Source of the DNA: the human T2T-CHM13v2.0 reference genome, Homo sapiens | Reading direction: 5' to 3' (one strand) | DNA length: 64,000 nucleotides | Assembly: GCF_009914755.1 (NCBI RefSeq) | Contig: NC_060930.1 | Shown: in pieces, positions 1 through 18,374 of the stretch | Numbering within the stretch: position 1 is the first letter of the stretch | Layout: the number at the start of each line of letters is the position of its first letter | Notes under the pieces: generated by a model | Told to the model about the DNA's origin: nothing | Seen by the model: the letters and a program-made list of their open reading frames with translations, nothing else | Databases searched by the model: none | Translations under genes and position numbers: made by a program

Positions 1-3462
<3,462 letters not shown>

Positions 3463-4107
3463 TAAAAATAAATCCCGGTAGCTTCTCCAGTATGTCATTT
3501 GACACTTCACCTTGCCTTTGGATGTCTTTTGACTTCCTGGCTCTGCCCTCCTGTCCGGTGCCATTGACATTGTTAATCACTTCATCCTATCTGAAACCCT
3601 TTCTGGTCCGCTTACTACCACCAGTATTGTTTTTTCCCCAGGCTTTTGTGGAGAATGCTTTTCCTCTGTTCTTTTCTCAGATGTTGCTGCTGTAGATTTC
3701 TGTCTTTGCCTGTTCCTCCCTCTCTCTCTGGAGGATCTCATTTATTCTCATAGTCTTAGTTTACTTTTATTCTTTGTGCTGATGTAAGGGAAGACTTCCT
3801 AGAGGAGAGCAACACTGGGGTATTGCACAGGAATTTGGAGTTTGCCAGGTAGAGTAGGATGGGGTGGGTTCCAGGCAATGGGAACATGTCAGCAGCATTG
3901 TGTGCAAAGACAGGGAAGCTTCAGATTGTCTCCTATCCCTGGTAGAAAGCATGTGCTTTCCTACTCAATTTTTCCAGCCCTAATAAAAAGAAACAAATAA
4001 ATAAAGCTACATTGGTCTTAATCTCTTTGCTTACTAATTTTTATAAAGATAAAGTTAATATTGACTTAGAATTCTTATTTGTGCCAGTTATTGAGCCACA
4101 TACATAT

Positions 4108-4135
4108 GCACACACACACACACACACAAACACAC
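4108..4135. repeat. (CA)n microsatellite
   Basis: Direct read of cacacaca run. Confidence 0.9.
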
Positions 4136-4599
4136 TTTAAACACATTTTATTTCATTTTCAAAACAAAAACTAAGAAATGCTTCATAATATACATTCTAT
4201 AGAACAGTAAGCTAAGATCAGAAATGTACCATGGATTATCTAACGTCATGCAGGCCGAGAGTGACAGCCTGGATTCAATCTGAGGTTTAGACCTCAGAAC
4301 CCAGACTCTGTGTTTGTTTCCCTGCACCAGGTAGCCTGCACATTAACACAAGTCCAGCTGAGGGGAAGCAATAATTTTTCAGGAAAAGAATATCAAAATA
4401 AGATTCCGAGGCAATTTGAAGAAGTTAATGTGACCCTGAATTACCGTTAGTGACTCTTTTCTGGTGCTTTCTCTACTTTACATAATAGTAAGTGGCAAGT
4501 TTGGCTCAAAAGGGCAAAATTTGGGGTTCTTATCTCCATTTTCTGTGACCTAGGGGTATGTCAGTTCTAAATACTAGACCTGATGTTATAGAATATCTA

Positions 4600-4800
4600 A
4601 TATCTGCCTTGAGCTTACACATAAATTATCTGATATAATTTCTGTCACTATGCTCTAAAGTTAGCAGAGTGGGCATTAATTTTGCTATTATCACCAGTTT
4701 ACATATAGGGAACCTGGAGCCCAGAGATACTATGTGTTTTGCTCAAGTCACACAGTGCAGTCAACACATGGAAATGCCAGAACAGAACCCAGAGCAGGCT
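4600..4800. mobile_element. MIR SINE remnant (a second probable one at ~4060-4310)
   Basis: Degenerate core: ttattatcaccagtttacatatagggaacctggagcccagaga...ttgctcaagtcacacagt. Confidence 0.55.
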
Positions 4801-4945
4801 ACCACCTGTCATAAAACAGGACAAATTAATGTCATTACTAAGAAGTCAAAATTTAGGCTTCCAATTTGCTGGCAGGGCAGGGTAATTGTGAAAAAGGGAA
4901 AAAAGCATAGCAGCCGCTCTCTAGATCCTGAACATTCATAGTTGG

Positions 4946-5317
4946 TAATATGGTTTTGCTATGTCCCCACCAAAATCTCATCTGGAATTGTAGCTCCCAC
5001 AATCCCCATGAGTCATAGGAAGGACCTAGTGGGAGGTAATTGAACCATGGAGGCAGATTTTGTTTTTCCATGCTGTTCTCATGAGAGTGAATAAGTGTCA
5101 CAAGATCTGATGTCTTTGTAAAAGCACAGTTCCCCTGCACAGGCTCTCTTGCCTTCCACCATGAAAGATGTGACTGCTCTTCCTTTGCCTTCCTTCATGA
5201 TTGTGAGGCCTCCCCAGCCACATGGAACTGTGAGTCCATTAAACATCTTTTTTTAAAATAATGTACCCAGTCTTGGGTATGTCTTTATTAGCAGCAGCGT
5301 GAGAACAGACTAATACG
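4946..5317 (+). mobile_element. THE1 (THE1C-like) MaLR solo LTR
   Basis: Starts taatatggtttt...tgtccccacc and ends gactaatacg, with ATTAAA near 5238. 5-bp TSD GTTGG at 4941-4945 and 5318-5322. Confidence 0.92.
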
Positions 5318-6008
5318 GTTGGAGAGAACCTCAGTCCACATCACATGGAGTCAGCTTCTGTGACAACCAGACAACTGTGGGCATAGAGGCCAGGGTGAGA
5401 TACACAACCTGTAACACCTCTTCAGGCACATGGGAGCCCACAGGCCTGTTGAGGGTACTGGCCCAGAACTGATGAGGATGAAACTTATAGTGTGTTTAAG
5501 AAAACTCTCTCCCACTAGGCTAGAGAATTGCACATGGATGTAAATCACTGTTTTAGGCTGGATGTGAGATGGGCTGGACATGCATATGTAACACCACTCT
5601 TACTTCCTCTCCCAGAGGAAACAAACAACTCAGATTTGTCTCTAAACATAAGAACTCCTTTCTCTGACTTCCAGTTACCTTTAGTCAGAAGATGACAAGA
5701 ATTATTTGTAATTTAAAAAGAGACTTTAGATATAAGGGCAGACATCAAGATTGCCTGTATTTTGTCTATATCCATGAATATAGAGAGTCAAATAGAAGTT
5801 TGTCAGAGATTCACAGAAAACCTTAAGTAGGAAATAAAATCCACCCCCGGGAACCAGAATCATATTTGTGTGTGTGGGCATGGATGAATGTGTGAGAAAC
5901 ATGGAGTATTCTGACAGAATATATTTTTTAGTATAGATTGTCCATTGTTGCTTTGTTTATGGGTATGGGGCCCCTATGATATATCACTTTTTTTAATTAA
6001 ACTTTTTA

Positions 6009-7244
<1,236 letters not shown>

Positions 7245-8517
7245 CTATAGCATAATAGTATAACCAGGATATTGCCTTTGAAACAGTCAAGATATAGAAT
7301 GTTTCCATCAACACAATGATCCCTCATGTTGCCCTTTTGTAACCATATCTACTTCCCTCCCATCCTCATCCCCCTCTTAACCCTCAGCAACCACTAATCC
7401 GTTTTCCATCTCTAAAATTTTATCATTTTAAGAAGGTTATATAAATGGAATTATATAGTAAGTAACCGTTTATAATTGGCTTTTCCCACTCAGCATAACT
7501 CTCTGAAATTCATCCAAGTTGTTGCATGGATCAACATTGATTGCTAAATAGTATTCCATGGGATGGATGTACCAAAGTTTGTTTAACCATCTTGTTGAAG
7601 CATATCTGGGTTGTTTCTGGTGTTTGTCTATTACAAACAAACATTCATATACAGATAAGTGTTCATTTCTCTCAGAAAAATGCCAATAAGGACAATGTCA
7701 GGTCACATGGTAGTTGCATATTTAGTTTTTTAAGAAACAGCCAATATGTTTTCCAGAGTACCCGTACCACTTTACATTTCCACCAGCAATGTATAAGACA
7801 TCCAGTTCCTCCATGTTCTCACCAACATTTGGTATTATCACTACTTCTTATTTTAGCAAAGCTGACAGGTGTATAGTCATATCATATACTCATTAACATT
7901 TTCTCAATACCTATGGTTGTTGAATACCTTATTATGTGCTTATTTGCCATCTATATATACTCCCGGGAAATATACCTTCATGACTTTTGCCCATTTTCTA
8001 AATGAAATGCTTGCTTTTTTGCTGTTGAATCCTGAGAGCTCCTTATCTAGTCTAGATACTAGTCCTTTGTCAGATAATTTCAAAACATGTTCTCCTACAC
8101 TGTAACTTGTCTTTTCATCCTCTTCACAATCTTTCACAGCACAAAAGTCTAATTTTTATAAAGGCCAGTTTGTCGACTTTTCCTTTTTTAAGCCATGTCA
8201 AATCTAAGAACTCTTTGGCCAGTCTTAGATCCTGCATATTTATTTTTTTCAACGTTGTATAGTTTTACATTTTACATTGAAGTCCATGATTCATTTTGAG
8301 TTATTTATTGTATAAGTAACTTAATTCATGTGACTTCTTTTTTCTTTGGCTTATGGATGTTGAATTGCTTCAGTACTCCAGTACCATTTATTGAAAAGAC
8401 TATCTTTTCTTCATGAAATTGCTTTAGCATCTTTGTCAGAAATCATTTGCATAATCATAATAATAGTAGTAGTAAAATGTCAGTTGAGCATATTTGTGTG
8501 GGTTTATTTCTAAGTTC

Positions 8518-8592
8518 TCTATTCTGTTCTATTCTATTCTATTCTATTCTATTCTATTCTATTCTATTCTATTCTATTCTATTCTATTCTAT
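8518..8592. repeat. (ATTCT)n pentanucleotide microsatellite, about 14 units
   Basis: Direct read, embedded in L1MC ORF2 at a ctattctgttc seed. Confidence 0.95.
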
Positions 8593-9089
8593 TTTCTATG
8601 TCTCTATCTTTCCACAAATACCACACAGTCATGACTATAGTAGCTATAGAAAAAGTTGAAAATCAGGTAGACTTATTCTTCCTACTTTAATCTTTTGTTT
8701 TATAACTGTTATGAATTACTATTCTTTGTATTTTCATATAAATTATATAATAATATTGTCAATATTTACCAAAAAACTTGCTGGGATATAGATAGGAATT
8801 GTGTTAAATCTGTATATAAATTTGGGGTAAATTGACGTATTTTGAGTTATCCAATCAATGATCAAGGTAAAAATCTCCATTTATTTAAATCCTTTGTTAT
8901 TTCTTTCATCAACATTGAGTAGTTTTCAGAATCAATCATAAATTACAAGGTTAAACTATGTTTAACATAGCCAACCACCTTCCCTGAAAAGATACACCTA
9001 TGAGGTCTGGTACCCCAAGACCCTAGAGTTTACTTCCCAGTGGTCCCAGGAAAGGCCAGACCTTTCTTTGGCTAAAGTTAGTTGTTTCC

Positions 9090-11650
9090 TAGACAGACAC
9101 CAACGCTAAGATGGCAGAGATGTTAGAATTAACTGACAAAAATTTTAGCGCAATCATCATAAAAATAGTTAAATGAACCATTATGGACATGCTTAAAACA
9201 AATAAAGAAAATAGAAAATTTCAGCAAAGAAATAGAAGAAATTAAGAAGAATCATATGGAAATTTTAAAACCAAAGATTATAGTAACTGCAATAAAAAGC
9301 CAATGGATGAGTTAAACCGTAGAATGAAGGGGACAGAAAAAAGAATCCATAAACTGGAAATTAGAACAACAGAAATTACTCAAACTGAATATCACAGAGA
9401 AAATAGGCCAAAAAAGAAATAAACAGACTTTCAGGGACCTGTGGGGTTATAACAAAATATTTAACACTGTGTCATCAGAGTCATAGGAAGCAGAGAGAAA
9501 GAGGGCAGGCTGAAAAACACAGTCATAGTCAAATTCTGAAAACTAAACACACACAAAAATTCTGAAAGTAGTGAAAGATAAATGATGTCTTTCCTATAGT
9601 AAAAAAGATAAATGACAACTTTCCTATAGTAAAAAAAAATCCAAATCTTTCCTGTAGAAAAAAAATCCAAATAACAGCAGATTTTTTCCAGAAATCATGA
9701 AGAACCAATAAATTTTGTGTGCTTAAAGACAAAAAAAAACTTTATTTCTAATCCTAGCCCCATGAAAATACCCTTCAGGAATGAAGGAGAAACTGAGACC
9801 TCCTCAGAAGATTTTCATAAGTAGAGCTACCAGAAAAGAATGGTTACTGAGAATTCTCTAAACAGAGAAAAAAAATTAGAAGAAAGAACCTTGAAACATG
9901 AGGATAGGAAAATGAACACAGTAAGTAAAAATAAGGATAAATAATACAATAGACTTTTTTTCTCCTCTTGAGATGTCCAAATTATGTTTGATTATTGAAA
10001 CAAAAAATATAACATTGATGTGGTTTTAAATGTATGTTGAGGAAATACTATAAATGGGGGAGAACAAAGGAATATGAAGGGTGGTAAGGTTTCTACAATT
10101 TATTTTACCTGATTAAAATGAGTTAAGTAGACTGTCATAAGTTATGTATATATTATGTAATATCTATAGCAACTACTTTAAAAAGCTACATAAAGAAAAC
10201 ACAATAGAGAAATTCAAGTGGAATTCTAAAAATGTTCAAGAATACCACAGAAGGCAAATAAAATGAAACTAATAAACAGAATAGAGAACTCAGAAGATAG
10301 ACTCACACCAATATGCCCAAATGATTAAGTGATTTTTGACAAAGGTACAAAAGCAGTTCAGTGGAGAAAAGACAGCCTTTTCAACAAATAGTGCTGGCAA
10401 TTGGACATCCAAGAACAACGAAAAAAAGAATCTGAACTGTATACAAAAATTAATACAAATAGATCATGGAGACTAAAATGGAAACATAAAAGCATACAAC
10501 TTTTATCTAAAAACATAGGAGAAAATTTTAAAGATGTAGGGCTAGGCAAAGAGCTTTTAAACATCAAAAGCATGATCCATTAAAGAAAATGATGGATAAA
10601 TAGGACTTTAGTGAAATTAAGCATCTTTGCTCACTAATGAAATGTTAAAAGGTTAAAAAGACAAGTTAGAATATGAGCAAAAATATTTGCAAAACATAAT
10701 CTGACAAAAGACTAGTACCTAGAATATACAAAGAGTTTTCAAACATCAATGGTAAAACAAACAAAAAACAAAAAAATCCAATTAGAAAATGGGCAAAAGA
10801 CATAAAGAGACATTTTACTGAAGAAGATACACACAAGTATACAAAAAATATAATTAGAGACAAACTAATTCACAATCAGAATCACTACAAATCTGTCAAA
10901 AATGCTAACAACTTTTTAAAGTGACAACACAGATAGATAACACACATCTTGTTGGTGGGAATGTAAAATGGTACCACCACTCTATAAAACAGTTTGATAG
11001 TTCCTTAAAAGTTAAACATGTAATGAACATATCACCTAGCTTTGCCCTTCTGCACATTCATCCTAAAGAAACGAAGACTTATGGCTCATACAAAAGCCTG
11101 TACATGATCATTATAGCAGCTTTACTTGTAATACTCCCAAACTGGAAAGAAACCAGATGTCTTTTAACAAGTGAATGGTTAAACAAACCATGGTACTCCA
11201 TATAATGGAGTACCCCTCAGGAATAAACAGGGTTAAACAGCTGATACACACATCAACCTGGAGACATAATCTCCTGAGACACATACTGAATGAAAAAGCC
11301 AATCCCCAAGACCAAAATGTTGTGTACTGTGTACATAATATTTGTGAAATGACAAAATTTAGAAATGAAGAACAGATTAGTACCCCGCATGGGCATGGAT
11401 GGTGGTGGGGGATGAGAGGGAAGTGGGTATGACTATAAAGTAGCAGTATGAGGGATTCTTGCTTTAATAGAAATGTTCTGTGTCTCATCAGTTTCAACAT
11501 CAACACCCTGGTTGTAATAATTGTACTATACTCTTGTGAGATGCTGTGATTAAGGGAAAATGAGTAAAGAATACACAAGATCTCTCTGTAGTTTTTTTCT
11601 TACAACTGCATATGAATCTATAATATTCTGAAAATTAAAAGGTTAATTTT
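9090..11650 (+). mobile_element. Old L1MC-type element (ORF1 remnant, deleted ORF2, 3' end)
   Basis: ORF1-like A-rich region 9100-9900, ORF2 3' remnant 10270-11230, terminus acaactgcatatgaatctata...aaaaggtt. Confidence 0.75.
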
Positions 11651-12588
11651 AAAAATGTAATTGACTCATGAAAATGTAAAATTTTTGATAGACTAGATAT
11701 TGCAGAATAAAAGGCAGAATTGGTTTACTTGGCAAAATTAGTATTTATGAGATCTTCACTTATAACTGAGCTTAGAGTCCTTTTTTGATAGGCCAGAAAC
11801 TCATATGACCATAAGTGAGATTTCAGTGAAACAAAACTTACAATAAGCTTTAAAAATTACATTTTAAATTTCTCAAAGTAGATTGGCAATGCTGCTCCCA
11901 ACCAAAATCAATAGCTTCACCAAGAAAAGGTTTGTAACAGCTAAACTGCATTCACTTCTATGAACTTTGAAGTGTCGTGCCACCATCTCAAATTGAAAAC
12001 AAAATGAAATAATTGAATCAATGGCGACATTACACAAGTACTTATACAACCTCACTTAGTAACAAATTATGCCAAGTACTTCTAAATATAGTATTTTATT
12101 CATAGTCAGCAGAATAATGCATTCTAAGAATGAAAATAAATGTTTAAACTTTGTTGACCACTTCAAGTGTTACTGGAAATATTAATACTGTTATTTTAAA
12201 GGTGTATTGGATAAAATAATAGTTATATTTATATTATTCACATACAAGTCTCAAGCATAAGAGAAAAGGAAGTGTAATGATAGATACAAAGAAGTTACAT
12301 AGAAATGATGAAATACTAGTACTAAATTAGAAATGTCTCTACAAACTCAAGCTTTTTGGAAAATACCGTATATATTTATTGGGTGAAATACAGCAATGAT
12401 ACCCATGGAACTCAACATGCTATGCACTCATAACACTTTAATTTTGGTTTCTAATACTAGTTTCTGCTAAAAAAAAAAAAAAGTGGGCTCTCTGGATAAT
12501 TCAATGATACTCTGTCTGGAGAATCAGGTTACAAGATGAGTCTGGAATAACTTTTTGTTCCAGAAAGCAAAGGACTTTAAAAAATTAA

Positions 12589-13000
12589 ATGTCCAACAAT
12601 TATAGACTGGATTAAGAAAATGCGGCACATATACACCATGGAGTACTATGCAGCCATAAAAAATGATGAGTTCATGTCCTTCATAGGGACATAGATGAAG
12701 CTGGAAACCATCATTCTCAGCAAACTATCGCAAGGACAAAAAACCAAACACCGCATGTTCTCACTCATAGGTGGGAATTGAACAATGAGAACACATGGAC
12801 AGAGGAAGGGGAACATCACACACCGGGGCCTGTTTTGGGGTGGGGGGAGGGGGGAGGGATAGCATTAGGAGATATACCTAATGTTAAATGAAGAGTTAAT
12901 GGGTGCAGCCCACCAACATGGCACATGTATACATATGTAACAAACCTGCATGTTGTGCACACGTACCCTAAAACTTAAAGTATAATAAAAAATAAAAAAT
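12589..13000 (+). mobile_element. 5'-truncated L1PA5-like 3' end
   Basis: TSD AAAAAATTAA at 12579-12588 and 13001-13010 at a TT/AAAA site. 3'UTR reads ccggggcctg and aatgttaaatg. Confidence 0.92.
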
Positions 13001-13304
13001 AAAAAATTAATGAGGTAATGTCAAAAGGACTCAGAAACAAGCCAAAGTTGTAACAATTTGAGCATCATACTGGGAAGAGTAAAATGCAATTAATTCACTT
13101 TATAACCCATGACTTCATAATGATAATCAAAAGTGAAAAAAGGTACAAATCACCTAAAATGTATTTTTCTCAAAATGTTTAACTTTAACCTTAAAATGTC
13201 TGTAGACTTGACCTCTGACAGGGGAAATGAGAACAACCTAAGTGACATTATTTATAAAGCAATTACAAGAGTCCAAAAGTTGATACTTCATTCAAAAACA
13301 AAAA

Positions 13305-13980
13305 CTAAAATCAGTATCTTGAAGAGAAAACCGCACTCCTATGTTCAAGGTAGCATTACTCACAGCAGCCAAGATACGGAAACAACCTAAGGGTCTGTTG
13401 ACAGATGAATGGGTAAAGAAATGTGATTTATTTTAGATAGAATGTGTGTGTATTCATTTCATTCATATATAAAACAATATAATTCAGCCACAAAAAAAGA
13501 AAGAAATCTTGCCTTTGTGATGACATGGATTAATCTGGAAGGTATTATGGTTAAGTGACAGACGGCAAAAGATGAACACCGTATGATCTCACTTGGAATC
13601 TTAAAGTGTCAAATGCATGTCAACAGAGAGTATAATGGTGTTTGCTAGAGGTTGAGGTGTGAAGGAAATGGAGAGATGTTGGTCAAAGAGTATGAACTTC
13701 CAGTTATAAGATGAATAAGTTCTGGAGATTTAATGTACAATGTGGTGACTATAGTTAATAATACTATACTGTATACTTGAAATTTTCTGAGAGTAGATCT
13801 TAAGTGTCCTCAGCACACACACACACATACACAAAGATAATATGTGAGACAATGGATATGTTAATTAACTTAATTGTATTAATCATTTCACAGTGCGTAG
13901 GTATATATAATAATCACATTGTACAACTTAAATACATACAATTTTATTTGTCAATTACCTCAAGAAAATACTAGAAAAAA
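13305..13980 (+). mobile_element. L1MA (L1MA8/9-like) 3' end
   Basis: cagttataagatgaataagttctggagat...ggtgactatagttaataatact...caattttatttgtcaatta. Confidence 0.8.
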
Positions 13981-16009
13981 GAGATTCTACCAGATAAATG
14001 GCATGAAAAGAGTGAAAGCACAAAACATACTAGTAAACATTGAAAGAAATGTAAGATACGTGAAAACGAGATACAAAGTGCAACACTGGATTGATCTGGA
14101 TTTTAACAAATCAGCTTCGAGAGAAATTAAGAAAGAAAAATTGGAAAAATATGAATATGGAATGAGTATGAGTACTTATAAAAGACATTAATTTTATTCA
14201 ATGTAATGCTGTTATTTTGGCCATGTAAAATGACAATCTTATTTTTTAGAGAAGCACACAAAAATAGTTAGGAATAGAAATTTATACTGTTTGTAATTTG
14301 CTTTTTATTTTAATATTTATTTTTTATTGCATAGGTTTTTGGGGAACAGGTGGTGGTTGGTTACATGAATAAGTTCTTTAGTAGTACTTTCTAAGATTTT
14401 GGTGCACCCATCACCCAAGCAGGGTACACTGTACCCTATGTTTTGTATTTTATCTCTCATCCCCTTCCTACCCTTTCCCCCAAGTCCCCAAAGCCCATTG
14501 TGTCATTCTTATGCCTTTACATCCTCATAGCTTAGCTCCCATTTATGAATGAGAACATACAATGTTTGGTTTTCCATTCCTGAGTTACTTCACTTAGAAT
14601 AATCATCTCCAATTCCATCCAGGTTGCTGCAAATGCCATTATTTCATTCCTTTTTACAGCTGAGTAGTATTCTATGGTATATATTCCACAATTTTTTTAT
14701 CCATTCATTGACTGATTGGCATTTGGGCTGCTTCCATATTTTTGTAATTCCAAATTGTGCTGCTATAAACAGGCTTGTGCAAGAATCTTTTTCACATAAT
14801 GACTTCTTTTCCTCTGGGGAGATCCCCAGTAGTGAAATTGCTGGACCAAACGGTAGATCTACTTTTAATTCTTTAAGGAATCTCCACATTGTTTTCCTTA
14901 GGGGTTGTACTAGTTTACATTCCCGCCAGCAGTATAAAATTGTTCCCCTTTGACCACATTCACTCCAACAGCTCTTATTTTTTTTATTTTTTGATTATGG
15001 CCATTCTTGCAGGAGTAAGGTGGTATCACATTGTGGTTTTCATTTGCATTTTCCTGATAATTGATGTTCAGCATTTTTTCATATGTTTGTTGGCCATTTG
15101 TGTATCTTCTCTAGAGAATTGTCTATTCATGCCCTTAGCCCACTTTTTGATGTGATTTTTTGCTTTTTTCTTGCTGATTTTTTTGAAGAGAAAACTGAGT
15201 TCCTTGTAGATTCTGGATATTAGTCCTTTGTTGGATGCATAGTTTGTGAAGATTTTGTTCCACTCTGTGAGTTCTCTGTTTACTCCGCTGATTTTTTTTT
15301 TTCTGTGCAAAAGCTTTTTAGTTTAATTAAGTCCTATCTATTTATCTTTGTTTTTGTTTCATTTGCTTTTGGATTCTTGGTCATGAAGTCTTTGCCTAAG
15401 CCAATTTCAGAAAGGTTTTTCTAATGTTATCTTCTAGAACTTTTATTGTTTCAGGTCTTAGATTTAAGTCTTTGATCCATCTTGACTTGATTTTCTAAGG
15501 TGAGAAATAAGGATCCAGTTTTATTCTTCTACATGTGGCTTGCTGATTATCACAGTTGAATAGGTTGTCCTTTCCCCACTTTATGTTTTTGTATGCTTTG
15601 TCAAAGATCAGTTGGCTGTAAATATTTGGCTTTATTTCTGGGTTCTCCGTTCTGTTCCATTGGCCTATATTCCATTTTTTATACCACCACCATGCTGTTT
15701 GGTTACTGTGGCCTTATGGTATAGTTTGAAGTCAGGTAATGTGATGCCTCCAGATTTGTTCTTTTTGCTTAGCCTTGCTTTGGCTATGTGGGCCTTTATT
15801 GGTTCCACATGAATTTTAGAGTTCTTTTTCTAGTTCTATGAAGAATGGTGGTGATATTTTGATGGAAATTGCATTGAATTTGTAGATTCCTTTAGGCAGC
15901 ATGGTCATTTTCACAATATTGATTGTATCCATCCATGAGCTTGGGTTGTGTTTCCATTTGTTTGCATGGACTATGATTTCTTTCAGCAGTGTTTTATAGT
16001 TTTCCTTGT

Positions 16010-16339
16010 AGAGGTCTTTCACCTCCTTGCTTATGTATATTCCTAAGTATTTTTTTTTCTGCAGCTATTGTAAAAGAGGTTGAGTATTTATTTGATTCTC
16101 AGCTTGGTCGCTGTTGGTGTATAGCAGTGCTATCGATTTGTGTACATTAATTTTGTATCCTAAAACTTTATTGAAGAGGTCTTTCAACTCTTTGTTAGGT
16201 ATATACCTAAGAATTTTGTTTTCTGCAGCTATTGTAAAAAAGGTTGAGTTCTTGATTTGATTCTCAGCTTGGTCGCTGTTGGTGTATAGCAGTGCTACTG
16301 ATTTGTGTACATTAATTTTGTATCCTGAAACTTTATTGA
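16010..16339. repeat. 165-bp tandem duplication inside L1PB ORF2
   Basis: agaggtctttca...aaactttattga occurs at 16010 and again at 16175. Confidence 0.92.
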
Positions 16340-18374
16340 ATTCATATATCAGTTCTAGGAGCTTTTTTGGATGAGTCTTTAAGGTTTTTTAGGTATGCAA
16401 TCATATCATCAGTAAACAGCAACAGTTTGATTTCCTCTTTACCAATTTGGATGTCCTTTATTTCTCTCTCGCCTGATTGCTCTGTTTAGGACTTCCAGTA
16501 CTATGTTGAATAGAAGTGGTGAAAGTGGGCATTCTTGTCTTGTTCCAGCTCTCATGGGGAATGTTTTCAACTTCCCCCATTCAGTATAATATTAGCTGTG
16601 GGTTTGTCATATACGGCTTTTATTACCATAAAGCATGTCCCTTCTATGCCAGTTTGGCTGAGGGTTTTAATCATAAAGGATGCTAGATTTTGTCAAATAC
16701 TTTTTCTGTGTCTATTGAGATGATCATCTGATTTTTGTTTTTAATTCTGTTAACTTGGTGTATTCGACTTACTGTTAAACTGTCCCTGCATCCCTGGTAT
16801 GAAACCCACTTGATCATGGTGGATTACCTTTTTGATATGTTGTTGGAGTCAGTTAGCTAGTATTTTGTTGAGGATTTTTACATGTATGTTCATCATGGAT
16901 TTTGGTCTATAGTTTTCTTTTTTGTTATGTCCTTTCCTGGTTTAGGTATTAGGGTGATACTGGCTTTATAGAATGATTTAGAAAGGAGTCCCTCTGTCTC
17001 TATCTTTTAGAATAGTGTCAACAGGATTGGTACAAATTCTTCTTCAAATGTCTGATAGAATTAAGCTGTGAATCCACCTGGTCCTGGACTTTTTTCCTGG
17101 CATTTTTTTTACTACCATTTCAATCTTGCTGCTTTTTATTGGTCTGTTCAGAGTTTCTATTTCTTCCTGGTTTAATCTAGGAGGGTTGTATATTTCCAGG
17201 AATTTATGAATCGCCTCTAGGTTTTCTAGTTTGTGTGTGTAAAGGTGTTCATAACCGTCTTGAATAATCTTTGGTGTTTCTGTGGTGTCAGTTGTAATAT
17301 CTTCTGTTTCATTTCCAATTGAACTTATTTGGATCCTCTCTATTCTTTTCTTGGTTAATCTTGCTAATGGTCTATCAATTTTATATATCTTTTCAAAGAA
17401 CCAACTTTTTGTTTCATTTATCATTTGTATTTTTTTGTTTCACTTTCATTTAGTTCTACTCTGATCTTTGTTATTTCTTTTTCTTCTGTGGAGTTTGGGT
17501 TTGGTTTGTTCTTATTTCTCTAGTTCCTTTAGGCATGACCTTAGATTGCCTATTTGTGTTCTTTCCGACCTTTGATGTAGGCATTCAATGCTATGAGCTT
17601 TTCTCTTAGCACCATTTTGCTGTATCCCAGAGATTTTGATAGGTTGCATCATTATTATCATTCAGTTCAAAGAACTTTTTAATTTCCATCTTGATTTCAT
17701 TATTGACCCAATGATCATTCGGGAGCAGCTTATTTAATTTCTATGTATTTGCATGATTTTGTGATTCCTTTTGGAGTTGATTTCCAATTTTATTCCACTG
17801 TGGTCTGAGAGTACTTGATATGATTTCAAATATCTTAAATTTATTGAGCCTTGTTTTGTGGCTTATCATATGGTCTATCATGGAGAATGTTCAATGTGTA
17901 CATACTGCAGTTGTTGGGTAGAATGTTCTGTAAATATATTTTAAGTACATTTTTTCTAGAGTGTAGTTTAAGTCCATTATTTCTTTGTGGACTTTCTGCC
18001 TTGATGACCCGTCTAGTACTGTCAGTGGAGTATTGAAGTCCCCCACTATTATTGTGTTCCTGTCTATCTGATTTCTTAGGTCTATTAGTAATTGTTTTAT
18101 AAATTTGGAAGCTTCAGTGTTAGGTGCCTATATATTTAGGATGGTGATATTTTCCTGTTGGACTAGTTCTTTTATCATTATATCATGTCCCTCTTTGTCT
18201 CTTTTAACTGCTGTTGCTTTAAAGTTTGTTTTGTCTGATAGAAGAATAGCTTCTCCTTCTTGCTTTTGTGTCCTGTTGCATGGAATATCTTTTTCCACCC
18301 CTTTACCTTAAGTTTATGTGTGTCCTTATGTGTTAGGTGAGTCTCTTGAAGGTGGCAGGTACTTGGTTGGTGAT

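Larger units (their letters stand above)
12250..14305 (+). mobile_element. L1MC4/L1MD-like 3'UTR remnant hosting L1PA5 and L1MA insertions
   Basis: gggctctctggataa...acaagatgagtctggaa...ccagaaagcaa...tgtcaaaaggactcag...acaatttgagc motif series. Confidence 0.55.
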
